Assembly: GCA_035759945.1 (NCBI GenBank)
Contig: DASTTX010000202.1
Span: 1 to 56,168, forward strand
Direction: 5' to 3'
DNA length: 56,168 bases
Source: Candidatus Limnocylindria bacterium
GTDB lineage: Bacteria; Chloroflexota; Limnocylindria; QHBO01
Positions 20,922-30,746 of the stretch are shown here, one piece after another. Every line of letters starts with the position of its first letter. Positions within the stretch are counted from its first letter, which is position 1. A program made the translations under genes and the position numbers. The notes below the pieces were generated by a model that worked only from the letters and a program-made list of their open reading frames with translations, made no database searches and was not told where the DNA came from.

Positions 20922-21965
20922 ATGATCGAACTCGAAACCCCGCAGCCGCAGCAGCCGCAGCCGGCACCGTCTCCGCGCATCGACGAAGTGTTCGCCGAGG
21001 GCAACCTCAGCCGCTTCGAGGTGACGCCACTCCAGGAGGGCTACGGCGTCACGCTCGGCAACGCGCTGCGCCGCGTGCTCCTCAGCTCGCTCGAGGGCGC
21101 GGCCGTCACCAGCATCCAGATCAACGGCGTGTTCCACGAGTTCAGCACCATCGAGAACGTCAAGGAAGACGTCACCCAGATCGTGCTGAACGTCAAGAAG
21201 CTTCGCCTCCGCTCCTTCGCGCGCCACCCGCTGACGCTCAAGCTCGTCAAGCGCGGCGCCGGCCCGGTCACCGCGGCCGACATCAGCGAATCGGCGGACG
21301 TCGAGATCGTCAACCCCGAGCTCGTGCTGCTCACGCTGGACTCCGACTCCGGCTCCATCGAGATGGACCTGACGGTCGAGACCGGCATGGGCTATCGCCC
21401 GGCCGAGCACACCGAGGACATGCCGATCGGCGTCGTCCCGGTCGACGCGATCTTCTCGCCGGTGCGACGCGTCAACTACCAGGTCGAGAAGACCCGCGTT
21501 GGCCAGATGACGAACTACGACAAGCTGATGCTCGAGATCGAGAGCGATGGGACGACCACCGCCGAGGCTGCCCTCAGCCAGGCGGCCGACATCCTCGTCC
21601 GCGAGTTCGGCCGCTTCGCCGAGATCGGCCGCCCGTCGGTGTCGGCCTCGGACGAGTCGCCGGTCGCGCCGAGCGCGAACCTGCTGGACGCGCCGATCGA
21701 GGAGCTCGACCTGCCGATGCGGGCCTACAACAGCCTCAAGCGCAACAGCATCACCAAGATCGGCCAGGTCCTCTCGCTCAGTGACGACGAGTTCCTGCGC
21801 ATGCGCAACTTCGGCCAGAAGAGTCTGGATGAGCTCAAGGAGCGCCTGGCGCTGCGCGGCTTCATCAGCCCCGAGTCGACCTCGATGAGCACCGACGAGT
21901 CGGACCTGCCGTCATCGGCGGAGCTCGACGAGGGCGCGGTGGCCGAGGCGGACCGGGAGGCCTAG
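20922..21965 (+). CDS. rpoA: DNA-directed RNA polymerase subunit alpha
   Basis: GYG.TLGNALRRVLLSS..G.A pattern and the C-terminal-domain motif L.LP.RAYNSLKR..I..IG.L. Confidence 0.97.
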   Translation: MIELETPQPQQPQPAPSPRIDEVFAEGNLSRFEVTPLQEGYGVTLGNALRRVLLSSLEGAAVTSIQINGVFHEFSTIENVKEDVTQIVLNVKKLRLRSFARHPLTLKLVKRGAGPVTAADISESADVEIVNPELVLLTLDSDSGSIEMDLTVETGMGYRPAEHTEDMPIGVVPVDAIFSPVRRVNYQVEKTRVGQMTNYDKLMLEIESDGTTTAEAALSQAADILVREFGRFAEIGRPSVSASDESPVAPSANLLDAPIEELDLPMRAYNSLKRNSITKIGQVLSLSDDEFLRMRNFGQKSLDELKERLALRGFISPESTSMSTDESDLPSSAELDEGAVAEADREA

Positions 21966-21969
21966 ACCG

Positions 21970-22323
21970 ATGCCGCATCGCGTCGCCGGGCGCAAGCTGA
22001 GCCGGGAGCACGCGCATCGCGTCTCGATGCTCGGCAACCTTGCCGTCTCGGTCATCCGCTACGAGCGGGTCAAGACCACCGAGGCCAAGGCCAAGGAGGT
22101 CCGTGGCCTGATCGACGGCATGATCACGCTCGCCAAGCGCGGCGACCTGCATGCCCGTCGTCAGCTGGTCAGCAAGATGCCGCACGAGCCACTCATCGTC
22201 GAGAAGCTGATGGGGGAGATCGCGACGAAGTACGCCGACCGACCGTCGGGCTTCACGCGCATCGTCAAGATCGGGCAGCGTCCTGGTGACGCGGCCTCGA
22301 TGGTCCAGATCGAGCTCGTCTGA
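21970..22323 (+). CDS. rplQ: 50S ribosomal protein L17
   Basis: MPHR..GRKL.R...HR..ML.NL..S.I..E.V.TT..KAKE.R pattern. Confidence 0.96.
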   Translation: MPHRVAGRKLSREHAHRVSMLGNLAVSVIRYERVKTTEAKAKEVRGLIDGMITLAKRGDLHARRQLVSKMPHEPLIVEKLMGEIATKYADRPSGFTRIVKIGQRPGDAASMVQIELV

Positions 22324-22360
22324 AACCAGGCGCGCTCGGATAACAAACCGATACGGATCG

Positions 22361-23116
22361 ATGGCCGCCACGGCGCAGCGCGTGCTGCGGGCGGTGATCG
22401 AATACGACGGGACGGCCTTCGCCGGCTCCCAGGTCCAGCCGAATGCTCGGACCGTGCAGGGAGAGCTGGAGACGGCCCTTAACAGGCTGATCGGCGAGCG
22501 GACGAGAGTCCAGCTCGCCGGACGAACCGATGCCGGGGTGCACGCCACCGGCCAGGTCGTGGCATTTCGCCATCCGCGGGAGCTCCCGCGTGGGGCCGAT
22601 CTGCCCGCGTTCCAGCGACGGCTCAACGCCGCGCTGCCGCGCGACCTGGCGGTGCGCTCGCTCAGACTCGCGCCGGCGGGCTTCGACCCGCGGCGCGACG
22701 CGCGACGGCGGGTCTACCGCTATCGCATCCTGATGAATGGGATGCGGCGGCCGCTCGAGGCGCATCGGACGCTCGAGATCGACGACCGGCTCGACGTGGA
22801 CGCCATGAGGGCGGCTGCGGCGCGCATGGTCGGCGAGCGTGACTTCGCATCGCTCGGCAGCCACGTCCACGGCAGGACCGTGCGCGAGCTGGCCGAGGTG
22901 CGGATCACCCGCCGCGGCGATCTCGTCGAGGTTCGCGTCACGGCGAACGCCTTCCTGCGGCGCATGGTGCGCAGCATGGTCGCCCTCCTGCTGGAGGTCG
23001 GCCGCGGACGGCTGGCGCCGGAGCGCGTCGACGAGATCCTGTCCGGGCGGGCTCGAGCTCTCCATGGCCGGGCCGCACCGGCGCGCGGGCTCACGCTCGA
23101 GCGGGTCGTCTACTGA
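22361..23116 (+). CDS. truA: tRNA pseudouridine(38-40) synthase
   Basis: ATG at 22361. IEYDGT.F.G.Q.Q and the catalytic GRTDAGVHA motif. Confidence 0.93.
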   Translation: MAATAQRVLRAVIEYDGTAFAGSQVQPNARTVQGELETALNRLIGERTRVQLAGRTDAGVHATGQVVAFRHPRELPRGADLPAFQRRLNAALPRDLAVRSLRLAPAGFDPRRDARRRVYRYRILMNGMRRPLEAHRTLEIDDRLDVDAMRAAAARMVGERDFASLGSHVHGRTVRELAEVRITRRGDLVEVRVTANAFLRRMVRSMVALLLEVGRGRLAPERVDEILSGRARALHGRAAPARGLTLERVVY

Positions 23117-23160
23117 TCAGCCAGGCAACCGAACCAAGGAAATCCGGAGAGCAGAGAGAC

Positions 23161-23589
23161 GTGAAGACTTACGCCGTCAAGGCGAGCGAGATCGAGCGCA
23201 GCTGGTGGGTCGTCGACGCGACGGACCAGACCCTCGGCCGGCTGGCGACGCGCATCGCCACGCTGCTCGAAGGCAAGCACAAGCCGATCTACTCGCCGCA
23301 TCTCGATACCGGCGACCACGTCGTCGTCGTCAACGCCGGCAAGGTGCGCGTCACCGGTGACAAGCTGCGGCAGAAGAGCTACTTCCGCCATTCCGGCTAT
23401 CCGGGTGGACTGCGCGAGGAGAGCCTCGGCACGCTGCTCGAGCGCAAGCCGGAGCTCGTCATCGAGCGCGCGGTGAAGGGGATGCTTCCGCAGAACCGGC
23501 TCGGCCGCGCCATGTTCCGCAAGCTGAAGGTCTACAAGGGTGGCGATCACCCTCACCAGGCGCAGCAGCCGACCGCGGTCGAGCTGTAA
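23161..23589 (+). CDS. rplM: 50S ribosomal protein L13
   Basis: GTG start. W.VVDA....LGRLA..IA..L.GKHKP.Y.PH.D.GD.VVV.NA pattern. Confidence 0.96.
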   Translation: MKTYAVKASEIERSWWVVDATDQTLGRLATRIATLLEGKHKPIYSPHLDTGDHVVVVNAGKVRVTGDKLRQKSYFRHSGYPGGLREESLGTLLERKPELVIERAVKGMLPQNRLGRAMFRKLKVYKGGDHPHQAQQPTAVEL

Positions 23590-23604
23590 CGGGAAGGACA
23601 CGCA

Positions 23605-23997
23605 TTGAGCACGAACTACGTCTACGGGACCGGCAGGCGCAAGACCGCCGTCGCGCGGGTCCGCCTGCTGCCTGGTGATGGCGGCATCGTCGTCAACGGC
23701 AAGCCGGCCGCGGAGTACTTCGGCGGCGCCGCCCGCGAGGGCATCCTCGTGCAGCCCTTCCGCGTGACCGAGACCGAGGGCCGCTACTCGGCCAGCGTGC
23801 TCGTCGCCGGCGGCGGCGTGTCCGGCCAGATCGGCGCCATTCGCCACGGCATCGCGCGCGCCCTGCTCTCGGCCCACCCGGATGCGCGCCGCTCCCTGCG
23901 CGAGGCCGGGCTCCTGACCCGCGATCCGCGGGCCAAGGAGCGCAAGAAGTACGGCCTGAAGCGTGCCCGCAAGGCACCGCAGTACACCAAGAGGTAG
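23605..23997 (+). CDS. rpsI: 30S ribosomal protein S9
   Basis: TTG start. GTGRRK.A.ARV.L.PG.G and R...GLLTRD.R.KERKK.G.K.ARK.PQ..KR C-terminus. Confidence 0.96.
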   Translation: MSTNYVYGTGRRKTAVARVRLLPGDGGIVVNGKPAAEYFGGAAREGILVQPFRVTETEGRYSASVLVAGGGVSGQIGAIRHGIARALLSAHPDARRSLREAGLLTRDPRAKERKKYGLKRARKAPQYTKR

Positions 23998-24012
23998 CCA
24001 TCACACACCGAT

Positions 24013-24042
24013 GAGCCCCGGCCGGACGGCCGGGGCTCTTTG
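24013..24042 (+). terminator. Intrinsic terminator closing the ribosomal-protein array
   Basis: A perfect 11-bp stem (GAGCCCCGGCC 24013-24023 pairing with GGCCGGGGCTC 24028-24038) and GGAC loop are followed by TTTGGTAT. Confidence 0.65.
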
Positions 24043-24049
24043 GTATCAT
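24041..24049 (+). promoter_or_regulatory. Possible extended -10 element (TGGTATCAT) upstream of cdaA
   Basis: A TGn-TATCAT motif lies directly after the terminator, about 40 nt upstream of the GTG at 24091. No convincing -35 was found. Confidence 0.3.
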
Positions 24050-24090
24050 CGGCATCCCATCGCCGCACCCGGCAAGGCACACTGCCCATC

Positions 24091-25023
24091 GTGATCGACG
24101 CGCTCAGGGACTTCTTCGAGACCTACCTGCGGGGCAGCTGGACGTCGATCGTCGACATCCTGCTGGTCGCGTTCGTCATCTACTGGCTGTTCATCCTCAT
24201 CCGCGGCACGCGCGCGGTGCGGATCGTCATCGGTCTCTCGATCCTGTACCTGGTCTACCTCGCCGCGATCTTCTTCGGCTTCGACCTGCTGCGGCGCCTG
24301 ATGGAGACCGCGGCGGTGGTCGGGCTCTTCGCCGTGGTGGTCGTCTTCCAGCCCGAGCTGCGTCGCGCGCTGGAGCAGATCGGCCGGATCGGCAGCGTGA
24401 ACCGCTTCTTCGTCTCGGCGGAGGTGGCCGGCGCCGAGCGCGTCGCCCGCGAGATCAGCCGCGCGTCGCGGATCCTCGCCGGTTCGCGGCACGGCGCACT
24501 CATCGTCCTGGAGCGCGAGACAGGGCTGACGGACCTCGCCACCGAGTCCGGCGTGCCGGTCCACGCCGACCTGCGGGCCGAGCTGCTGGTCACCATCTTC
24601 TATCGCGGCACGGCGTTGCACGATGGCGCGGTGATCATCTCCGGCGACCGCATCAGCGCGGCCGGCGTGCTGCTGCCGATGAGCCAGACGGCGCTCGACT
24701 CGGAGCGCTACGGCACGCGTCACCGCGCCGCGATCGGCATCAGCGAGCAGACCGATGCGGTCGTGGTGGTGGTCAGCGAGGAGACCGGCTCGATCAGCCT
24801 GGTCGTGCGCGGCCGCATCGAGCGCAACCTGACCGAGGACCAGCTCCGCCGGCGCATCTTCAACCTGATCCGGCCACAGCCACCGCGACGCGCCGTGCCG
24901 TTCCTGCGACGCTCCCTGGACGGTCGCTGGCAGGTGGGCCGTGCCGAGCCCGACCCCGCCGAGCCGGTCGATCCCGAGGCGCGCGTCGTGGCGGCGCCCG
25001 ACCGCGGTGCGCTGAGGCGCTGA
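24091..25023 (+). CDS. cdaA: Diadenylate cyclase CdaA (c-di-AMP synthase)
   Basis: Three N-terminal TM segments precede a DAC domain with HGALIV.ER, ALHDGAVII and GTRHRAA.GISE.TDA....VSEETG.IS. GTG at 24091 is preferred because the ORF-track start (TTG 24040) lies in the terminator T-tract. Confidence 0.9.
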   Translation: MIDALRDFFETYLRGSWTSIVDILLVAFVIYWLFILIRGTRAVRIVIGLSILYLVYLAAIFFGFDLLRRLMETAAVVGLFAVVVVFQPELRRALEQIGRIGSVNRFFVSAEVAGAERVAREISRASRILAGSRHGALIVLERETGLTDLATESGVPVHADLRAELLVTIFYRGTALHDGAVIISGDRISAAGVLLPMSQTALDSERYGTRHRAAIGISEQTDAVVVVVSEETGSISLVVRGRIERNLTEDQLRRRIFNLIRPQPPRRAVPFLRRSLDGRWQVGRAEPDPAEPVDPEARVVAAPDRGALRR

Positions 25024-25030
25024 CCGACCG

Positions 25031-26263
25031 ATGGGATTCCTGCTCCGCAACTGGCACCTGAAGCTGTCGGCGGTCGCCCTGTCGACGGTGCTCTACACCG
25101 GCCTCGTCTTCTCCGGCGAGTTCGCCGACTCCAGGCTCGAGCTGCCGGTGCGGCCGACCGGTCAGCCCGACGCGTCTGTCGTGCTCAGTGGCGGCCTCGG
25201 GACGGTCGAGGTGGTGTATCGCGCCCCACGGGCCAGCGCCGCCCTGTCCAGCGACTCGTTCCGCGCGACGGTCGACCTGTCCGAGTACGACATGACACGA
25301 GCGCCCGAGGCCCAGGTCCTGCCGATCAAGATCGAGGCCCTCGTCGACGGGGCGCAGGTCGTCGGCCGTGAGCCCGAGTTCGTGACGGTCGAGCTCGACC
25401 GGATCGCCGAGAAATCGGTGCCGGTCGCGCTCGACTACGGCGACGTTCCCGAGCAGCTCGAGGTCGACGACGCGACGGTCTCGCCCGAGGCGGTGCAGGT
25501 GCGCGGTGCCGCGTCGCTCGTGGGCCGCGTCGATCGTGCGGTGGCGCGCGTGCTGATCGACGAGTCCGGGATCGGCGTCCATCGCTCCGTCACGCTGGAG
25601 CCGGTGAACATCGACGGGCAGCCCGTCGAAGGCGTCCAGATCGAGCCGCAATCGGTGGACGTCGACATCGACGTCCACCAGGTCGAGACGAACAAGACGG
25701 TGCCCGTCCGCCCGGACATCGAGGCGGGAACGCCCGCGGCGGGCTTCGCGCTGGCCGGCCTGAACGTCGAGCCCTCCACCGTGACGCTGCGCGGCCTGCC
25801 GGACGTGCTCACCGGCATCACCGAGGTGCTCACCGAGCCACTCAGCATCAACGGCGCGGCCGAGGACCGCACCTTCGAGGCCGAGCTCATCCTGCCCGAT
25901 GGCGTGACGTTGACCGATGGCGACGACCCCGTCGTGAGCGTCACCGCCAGGATCGAGCCGTCGGTGTCCAGCCGCACCTTCGTCGTCGGCGTGCTCTGCC
26001 AGAACTCGGGCGCGAACTCGTGCGTCGCCGGGGTCGACCAGCTCACCGTCACGGTCGGCGGTCCTGGCGGCGCGCTGGCCGACCTTACGGCGGCTGACGT
26101 CACGCCACTGGTCGACGCGAGCGGGCTGACGCCCGGCAGCTACTCGCTGACGCCGTCGATTCCGGCGCTGCCCGAGGGCCTCGACCTCATCGGCATCTCG
26201 CCCAATGCGGTGCCGGTCACCATCGTGGCGCCGTCGACGCCCGCGCCGACGCCAGCGCCGTAG
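25031..26263 (+). CDS. cdaR: YbbR-repeat protein, CdaA regulator-like
   Basis: N-terminal signal-anchor NWHLKLSAVALSTVLY, then repeated beta-rich V.V......P segments typical of YbbR domains. Position is immediately after cdaA and before glmM. Confidence 0.8.
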   Translation: MGFLLRNWHLKLSAVALSTVLYTGLVFSGEFADSRLELPVRPTGQPDASVVLSGGLGTVEVVYRAPRASAALSSDSFRATVDLSEYDMTRAPEAQVLPIKIEALVDGAQVVGREPEFVTVELDRIAEKSVPVALDYGDVPEQLEVDDATVSPEAVQVRGAASLVGRVDRAVARVLIDESGIGVHRSVTLEPVNIDGQPVEGVQIEPQSVDVDIDVHQVETNKTVPVRPDIEAGTPAAGFALAGLNVEPSTVTLRGLPDVLTGITEVLTEPLSINGAAEDRTFEAELILPDGVTLTDGDDPVVSVTARIEPSVSSRTFVVGVLCQNSGANSCVAGVDQLTVTVGGPGGALADLTAADVTPLVDASGLTPGSYSLTPSIPALPEGLDLIGISPNAVPVTIVAPSTPAPTPAP

Positions 26264-27592
26264 ATGGGAGGGCGGTTCGGCACCGACGGCATCCGCGGTC
26301 CGGTCGGCAGCGAGCTCACGGCAGGGCTCGCGGTCGGGCTCGGTCGCGCGGTCGGCCACCTGCTGGGCGGCGGCGGTCGGAGCGTGGTGATCGGACGCGA
26401 CACGCGTCGCTCGGGCGAGATGCTGAGCGCCGGGCTGGCCGCCGGGCTGACTGCGACGGGCACCGATGTCGTGGACCTGGGCATCGTCACCACGCCCTGC
26501 TTGGTGCACGCCAGCGCCGATGACCGTCATGCGGCCGGCATCATGGTCTCCGCCTCGCACAACCCCGCGGAGGACAACGGCCTCAAGGTCGTGGCAGGCG
26601 GGCGCAAGGTCGACGATGCGATCGAAAGGCAGCTCGACCAGCTGATCGACGACGAGCGGGCGATTCCGGAGCTGCCGAACGCCGAGCTGGGACGGCTGCA
26701 CAGCGAGCCCGAGGCGATCATCGCCTACCGGCGCCACCTGGCGGACATCGCCGGCGACGCGTTTCGCGGCCTGCGCATCGGCATCGACTGCGCCAACGGG
26801 TCGGCCAGCGTCATCGCCCCGGACCTGTTCCGCGGCCTCGGTGCGGAGGTCACCGTGCTCTTCGATGCGCCGAACGGGGTGAACATCAACGACGGCTCCG
26901 GCTCGACCCATCCGGAGCGGCTGGCCGAGACTGTCGGTGCCGCCGGGCTCGATATCGGCCTCGCCTTCGACGGCGACGCTGACCGGCTCATCGCGGTCGA
27001 CGAGCGAGGCGAGCTGGTCGATGGCGACGCGGTGATGGGCATCTGCGCACTGGAGCGGCTCGCCGCGGGCACGCTGCGAAACAACCTGCTCGTCGCGACC
27101 GTGATGAGCAATGGCGGCCTCGAGCGCGTCATTCGCGAAGCAGGGGGTCGGGTGGTGCGCACGCCGGTCGGCGATCGCAACGTGTACGAGGCGATGGAGC
27201 GCGACGACGCAGTGTTGGGCGGAGAGCAATCGGGCCACATCATCTTCAGGGACCGCGCCACCACCGGCGACGGGCTGTTGACCGCGATCGAGCTGGTGCG
27301 TGCCGTGCGAGCGGCCGGCGTCCCGCTGTCGGAGCTGGCCACGCGGATTCCGAGGCTGCCACAGGTGGTGATAAACTCAGCCGTCCGGCGCCGGGACGAC
27401 TGGCGCAGCGACACCGAATTCGTGGCCGCCATCGAGCGCGCCACGCAGCAGATGGGGGATCGCGGACGAGTGCTCGTCCGCCCATCCGGCACCGAAGCCA
27501 AGATCAGGATCATGGTCGAGGGTGACGATGCCAACGAGATCGACACAATCGCCCGCGAGCTCGCCACACTCGCCGAGGCACGTCTCAACTAG
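26264..27592 (+). CDS. glmM: Phosphoglucosamine mutase
   Basis: FGTDGIRG N-terminus, active-site SASHNPAEDNG, the metal loop FDGDADR and GGEQSGH. Confidence 0.95.
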   Translation: MGGRFGTDGIRGPVGSELTAGLAVGLGRAVGHLLGGGGRSVVIGRDTRRSGEMLSAGLAAGLTATGTDVVDLGIVTTPCLVHASADDRHAAGIMVSASHNPAEDNGLKVVAGGRKVDDAIERQLDQLIDDERAIPELPNAELGRLHSEPEAIIAYRRHLADIAGDAFRGLRIGIDCANGSASVIAPDLFRGLGAEVTVLFDAPNGVNINDGSGSTHPERLAETVGAAGLDIGLAFDGDADRLIAVDERGELVDGDAVMGICALERLAAGTLRNNLLVATVMSNGGLERVIREAGGRVVRTPVGDRNVYEAMERDDAVLGGEQSGHIIFRDRATTGDGLLTAIELVRAVRAAGVPLSELATRIPRLPQVVINSAVRRRDDWRSDTEFVAAIERATQQMGDRGRVLVRPSGTEAKIRIMVEGDDANEIDTIARELATLAEARLN

Positions 27593-27618
27593 CGCCGCGG
27601 TGCGGCAAGGGAGGGCAC

Positions 27619-29448
27619 ATGTGCGGCATCGTCGGATATGTCGGGCCGCGTGACGCCGCCCCGATCCTGATCGAGGGCCTGCGGCGCCTCGAGTATCGCG
27701 GCTACGACTCGGCCGGGATCGCCGTGCTGACCGAGGACGGCAAGGTCTTCATCGAGAAGAAGGCCGGCAAGCTCAGCAACCTGACCGATCACCTCAACGG
27801 CGACGCGCCGGCCGGACATCCGGGCATCGGCCATACGCGCTGGGCGACCCATGGACGGCCGAACGACACGAACGCCCATCCGCACACCGACTGCACCGGC
27901 AAGCTGGCGTTGATCCACAACGGCATTATCGAGAACTACGCCGAGATCAAGAACCGGCTCGTGGCCGAAGGCCATCGGTTCACCAGCGAGACCGATACCG
28001 AGGTGCTGGCACACCTGATCGAGTCGAAGTACAGCGGCGAGCTCGTCGACGCGGTTCGCGCGGCGCTCAACGAGGTGCGCGGCGCGTACGCCATCGGCGT
28101 CATGCATACCGACCACCCCGACCGGATCGTGGGCGCCCGCATGAACGTGCCGCTCATCGTGGGCCTCGGCGACGGCGAGGGATTCATCGCCAGCGACGTG
28201 CCGGCCATCCTGGAGCACACCAAGAACGTCGTCATCCTGCACGAGGGCGACATCGCCGACGTCACGCCGACGGGAACGCGGATCCTCTCGCTCGACGGGA
28301 CGGAGCTCCAGCGGGACGTCACCGAGATCCACTGGAACATCGAGGCCGCCGAGAAGGGCGGCTTCGCGCACTTCACCCTCAAGGAGATCTACGAGCAGCC
28401 GCACGCCATCCAGGAGTGCCTGCGCGGTCGCGTCGACCCGAGCGGTGCGGTCAGCCTGCCGGAGCTTGATGCCATCGCCGACAAGCTCGCGCGCGCGGAG
28501 CGCGTCTACGTCGTCGGCTGCGGCACGGCGAGCTACGCCGCGCACGTCGGCGCGTACCTGATCCAGGACTGGGTCGGGCTGCCGGCGACGATGCAGATCG
28601 GCTCCGAGATGCGCTACAGCCCGCCGCCGATCGATGATCGGACCCTGGTCATCGGCGTCAGCCAGTCCGGCGAGACGGCCGACACCCTGGCGCCGCTGAA
28701 GCTGGCCGAGGAGCGCGGCGCGACCGTGGTGGTCGTCACCAACGTCGTTGGCAGCGCCATCACCCGCGAGGCCGATGCGGTCTGCTACCTCCAGGCCGGC
28801 CCGGAGATCGCGGTGGCCAGCACCAAGGCCTTCGTGACGCAGGTGCTGGTGCTGCAGATGATCGCCCTGCATTTGGCCGGAGCGCGCGGGACGCTGTCCG
28901 AGAACCGGCTGCGCACCTTCGGGCAGGCGCTGCGCAGCCTGCCACGGCTGGCGGCCGAGACGCTGCGCACCGCGCCGCAGATCAAGAAGCTGGCGCAGCG
29001 CTACGCACGAGCCCGCGACTTCATCTTCATCGGCCGTGGCGTCGGCTTCCCGATCGCCATGGAGGGCGCGCTGAAGCTCAAGGAGCTGTCGTACGTCCAC
29101 GCGGAGGGCTACGCGGCCGGCGAGCTGAAGCACGGGCCGATCGCGCTCCTGGATCCGGAGACGCCGCTGCTGGCCGTGGCGACCGCTGGAGCCGTCTACG
29201 AGAAGGTCGTCAGCAACGTCGCCGAGGCACGCGCGCGGTCGGCGCCGATCATCGCGATCGCCACCGAGGGCGACGAGCACATCGATCACTATGCGCACGA
29301 CGTCATCTACGTCCCGGAGACGCCTGAGCCGATCAGCCCGGTCATCGCCGTGCTGCCGCTTCAGCTTCTTGCGTACGAGATCGCCGTGGCCCGCGGGACC
29401 GACGTCGACCAGCCGCGCAACCTCGCCAAGTCGGTAACGGTCGAATAG
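27619..29448 (+). CDS. glmS: Glutamine--fructose-6-phosphate aminotransferase
   Basis: MCGIVGY N-terminal nucleophile, two SIS domains (GCGTASYA, SQSGETADT) and C-terminal NLAKSVTVE. Confidence 0.97.
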   Translation: MCGIVGYVGPRDAAPILIEGLRRLEYRGYDSAGIAVLTEDGKVFIEKKAGKLSNLTDHLNGDAPAGHPGIGHTRWATHGRPNDTNAHPHTDCTGKLALIHNGIIENYAEIKNRLVAEGHRFTSETDTEVLAHLIESKYSGELVDAVRAALNEVRGAYAIGVMHTDHPDRIVGARMNVPLIVGLGDGEGFIASDVPAILEHTKNVVILHEGDIADVTPTGTRILSLDGTELQRDVTEIHWNIEAAEKGGFAHFTLKEIYEQPHAIQECLRGRVDPSGAVSLPELDAIADKLARAERVYVVGCGTASYAAHVGAYLIQDWVGLPATMQIGSEMRYSPPPIDDRTLVIGVSQSGETADTLAPLKLAEERGATVVVVTNVVGSAITREADAVCYLQAGPEIAVASTKAFVTQVLVLQMIALHLAGARGTLSENRLRTFGQALRSLPRLAAETLRTAPQIKKLAQRYARARDFIFIGRGVGFPIAMEGALKLKELSYVHAEGYAAGELKHGPIALLDPETPLLAVATAGAVYEKVVSNVAEARARSAPIIAIATEGDEHIDHYAHDVIYVPETPEPISPVIAVLPLQLLAYEIAVARGTDVDQPRNLAKSVTVE

Positions 29449-29470
29449 CGCGCAGGTCCGCTCGACGCCG

Positions 29471-29848
29471 ATGAGCCGCCACGAGATCGGGATCGACCTC
29501 ATCGACATCGATCGCATCGTCGGCGTGCTCGGGCGCTTCCCGGACCGCTTCCGTGAGCGCGTCCTGACCGACCACGAGCGCCGCTACGTCGGCCGCAAGG
29601 TGGAGCGCCTGGCTGGACGCTGGGCGGCGAAGGAAGCCATCAGCAAGGTGCTCGGGCTCGGGGTGCGCGGGGTTGGCTGGCGAGAGATCGAGATCCTGCC
29701 GAACCGCGCCGGGCAGCCCCAGGTCTACCTTCACGGACGCGCGGCGGCGCGAGCCGATGACATGGGCCTCGACGAAGTCAGCGTGTCGATCTCCCACGAG
29801 CGCCACATGGCGGTCGCCGTGGCGGTCGCGCACCGGCGGCACGACTGA
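29471..29848 (+). CDS. acpS: Holo-[acyl-carrier-protein] synthase
   Basis: IGIDLIDIDRI and AGRWAAKEA..K motifs; 125 aa. Confidence 0.92.
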   Translation: MSRHEIGIDLIDIDRIVGVLGRFPDRFRERVLTDHERRYVGRKVERLAGRWAAKEAISKVLGLGVRGVGWREIEILPNRAGQPQVYLHGRAAARADDMGLDEVSVSISHERHMAVAVAVAHRRHD

Positions 29849-29849
29849 G

Positions 29850-30746
29850 GTGGCCGCCGCCCGCACGATGACCCAGCGCTGGGTCGCCGGCCACCTGCCG
29901 CAGCGGCCCGAGCGCGCACACAAGGGCGACTTCGGCCGCCTGCTGGTCGTGGCGGGCTCGATCGACTATCCGGGCGCCGCGCTCCTCGCCGCGCTCGGCG
30001 CCATGCGTGCCGGCGTCGGGCTGGCCCGCGTCGCCGCGGCCGAGTCGGTCGTCGCCAGCGTGGCCGGAGCGATTCCGGAGCTGACCTGGATGGCGCTCGA
30101 CGAGGAGGCGCCCGGCCTGATCGCTCCCGGCGGATGGCGTCGTGTCGCCACCGAGGCGCCCGACTATGACGCGGTGGTCATCGGCCCGGGGCTCGGCCGC
30201 CAGCCGGCCACGCAGCGTCGCACGCGGCAGCTCATCGCCTCGCTCGAGATGCCGGTGGTCGTCGACGCCGACGGCCTCAACGCCCTCGCCGATGGCGCTC
30301 GTTGGTGGCAGGCAGTGCGTGGCTCCCTCGTCCTCACCCCGCATCCCGGCGAGTTCGCGCGCCTGACCGGGGCCGACGCCCCGGACGGCGACGACGACGA
30401 CGCGCGCGCAGCGGCCGCCGCGGACGCCGCGCTGCGCTGGGACCAGGTCGTCGTCCTCAAGGGCGCTCACACCGTCGTCGCCGAGCCGGGCGGGGAAGCG
30501 CTTCGGTCCAACGTCGCGACGCCCGCCCTGGCCACCGCCGGCAGCGGCGACGTGCTGGCCGGCGTCATCGGGGCCTTCCTCGCCGGCGGTGCGGCACCGC
30601 TCGATGCGGCCGCGTGTGGCGTTGCCGTCCACGGCGCGGCGGGACTCCTCGCCGCCCAGCGAATCGGGTCCGCGGGCGTCATGGCCACCGACATCGCGTC
30701 GCTCGTGCCGGAGGCGATCGCCCAGCTGCGCGGCGAGGGCACATGA
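29850..30746 (+). CDS. nnrD: ADP-dependent NAD(P)H-hydrate dehydratase (YjeF C-terminal domain only)
   Basis: HKGDFGRLLVVAGS, VIGPGLG, LTPHPGEFARL and GSGDVLAGVIGAFLA motifs. Start is GTG 29850 or ATG 29868, just after the acpS stop. There is no room for an N-terminal epimerase domain. Confidence 0.87.
   Translation: MAAARTMTQRWVAGHLPQRPERAHKGDFGRLLVVAGSIDYPGAALLAALGAMRAGVGLARVAAAESVVASVAGAIPELTWMALDEEAPGLIAPGGWRRVATEAPDYDAVVIGPGLGRQPATQRRTRQLIASLEMPVVVDADGLNALADGARWWQAVRGSLVLTPHPGEFARLTGADAPDGDDDDARAAAAADAALRWDQVVVLKGAHTVVAEPGGEALRSNVATPALATAGSGDVLAGVIGAFLAGGAAPLDAAACGVAVHGAAGLLAAQRIGSAGVMATDIASLVPEAIAQLRGEGT

Noticed and set aside
27593-27618. An expected glmS ribozyme upstream of glmS.
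   Set aside because: The spacer is only 26 nt and the preceding sequence is glmM coding sequence, so there is no room for the ~170-nt ribozyme.
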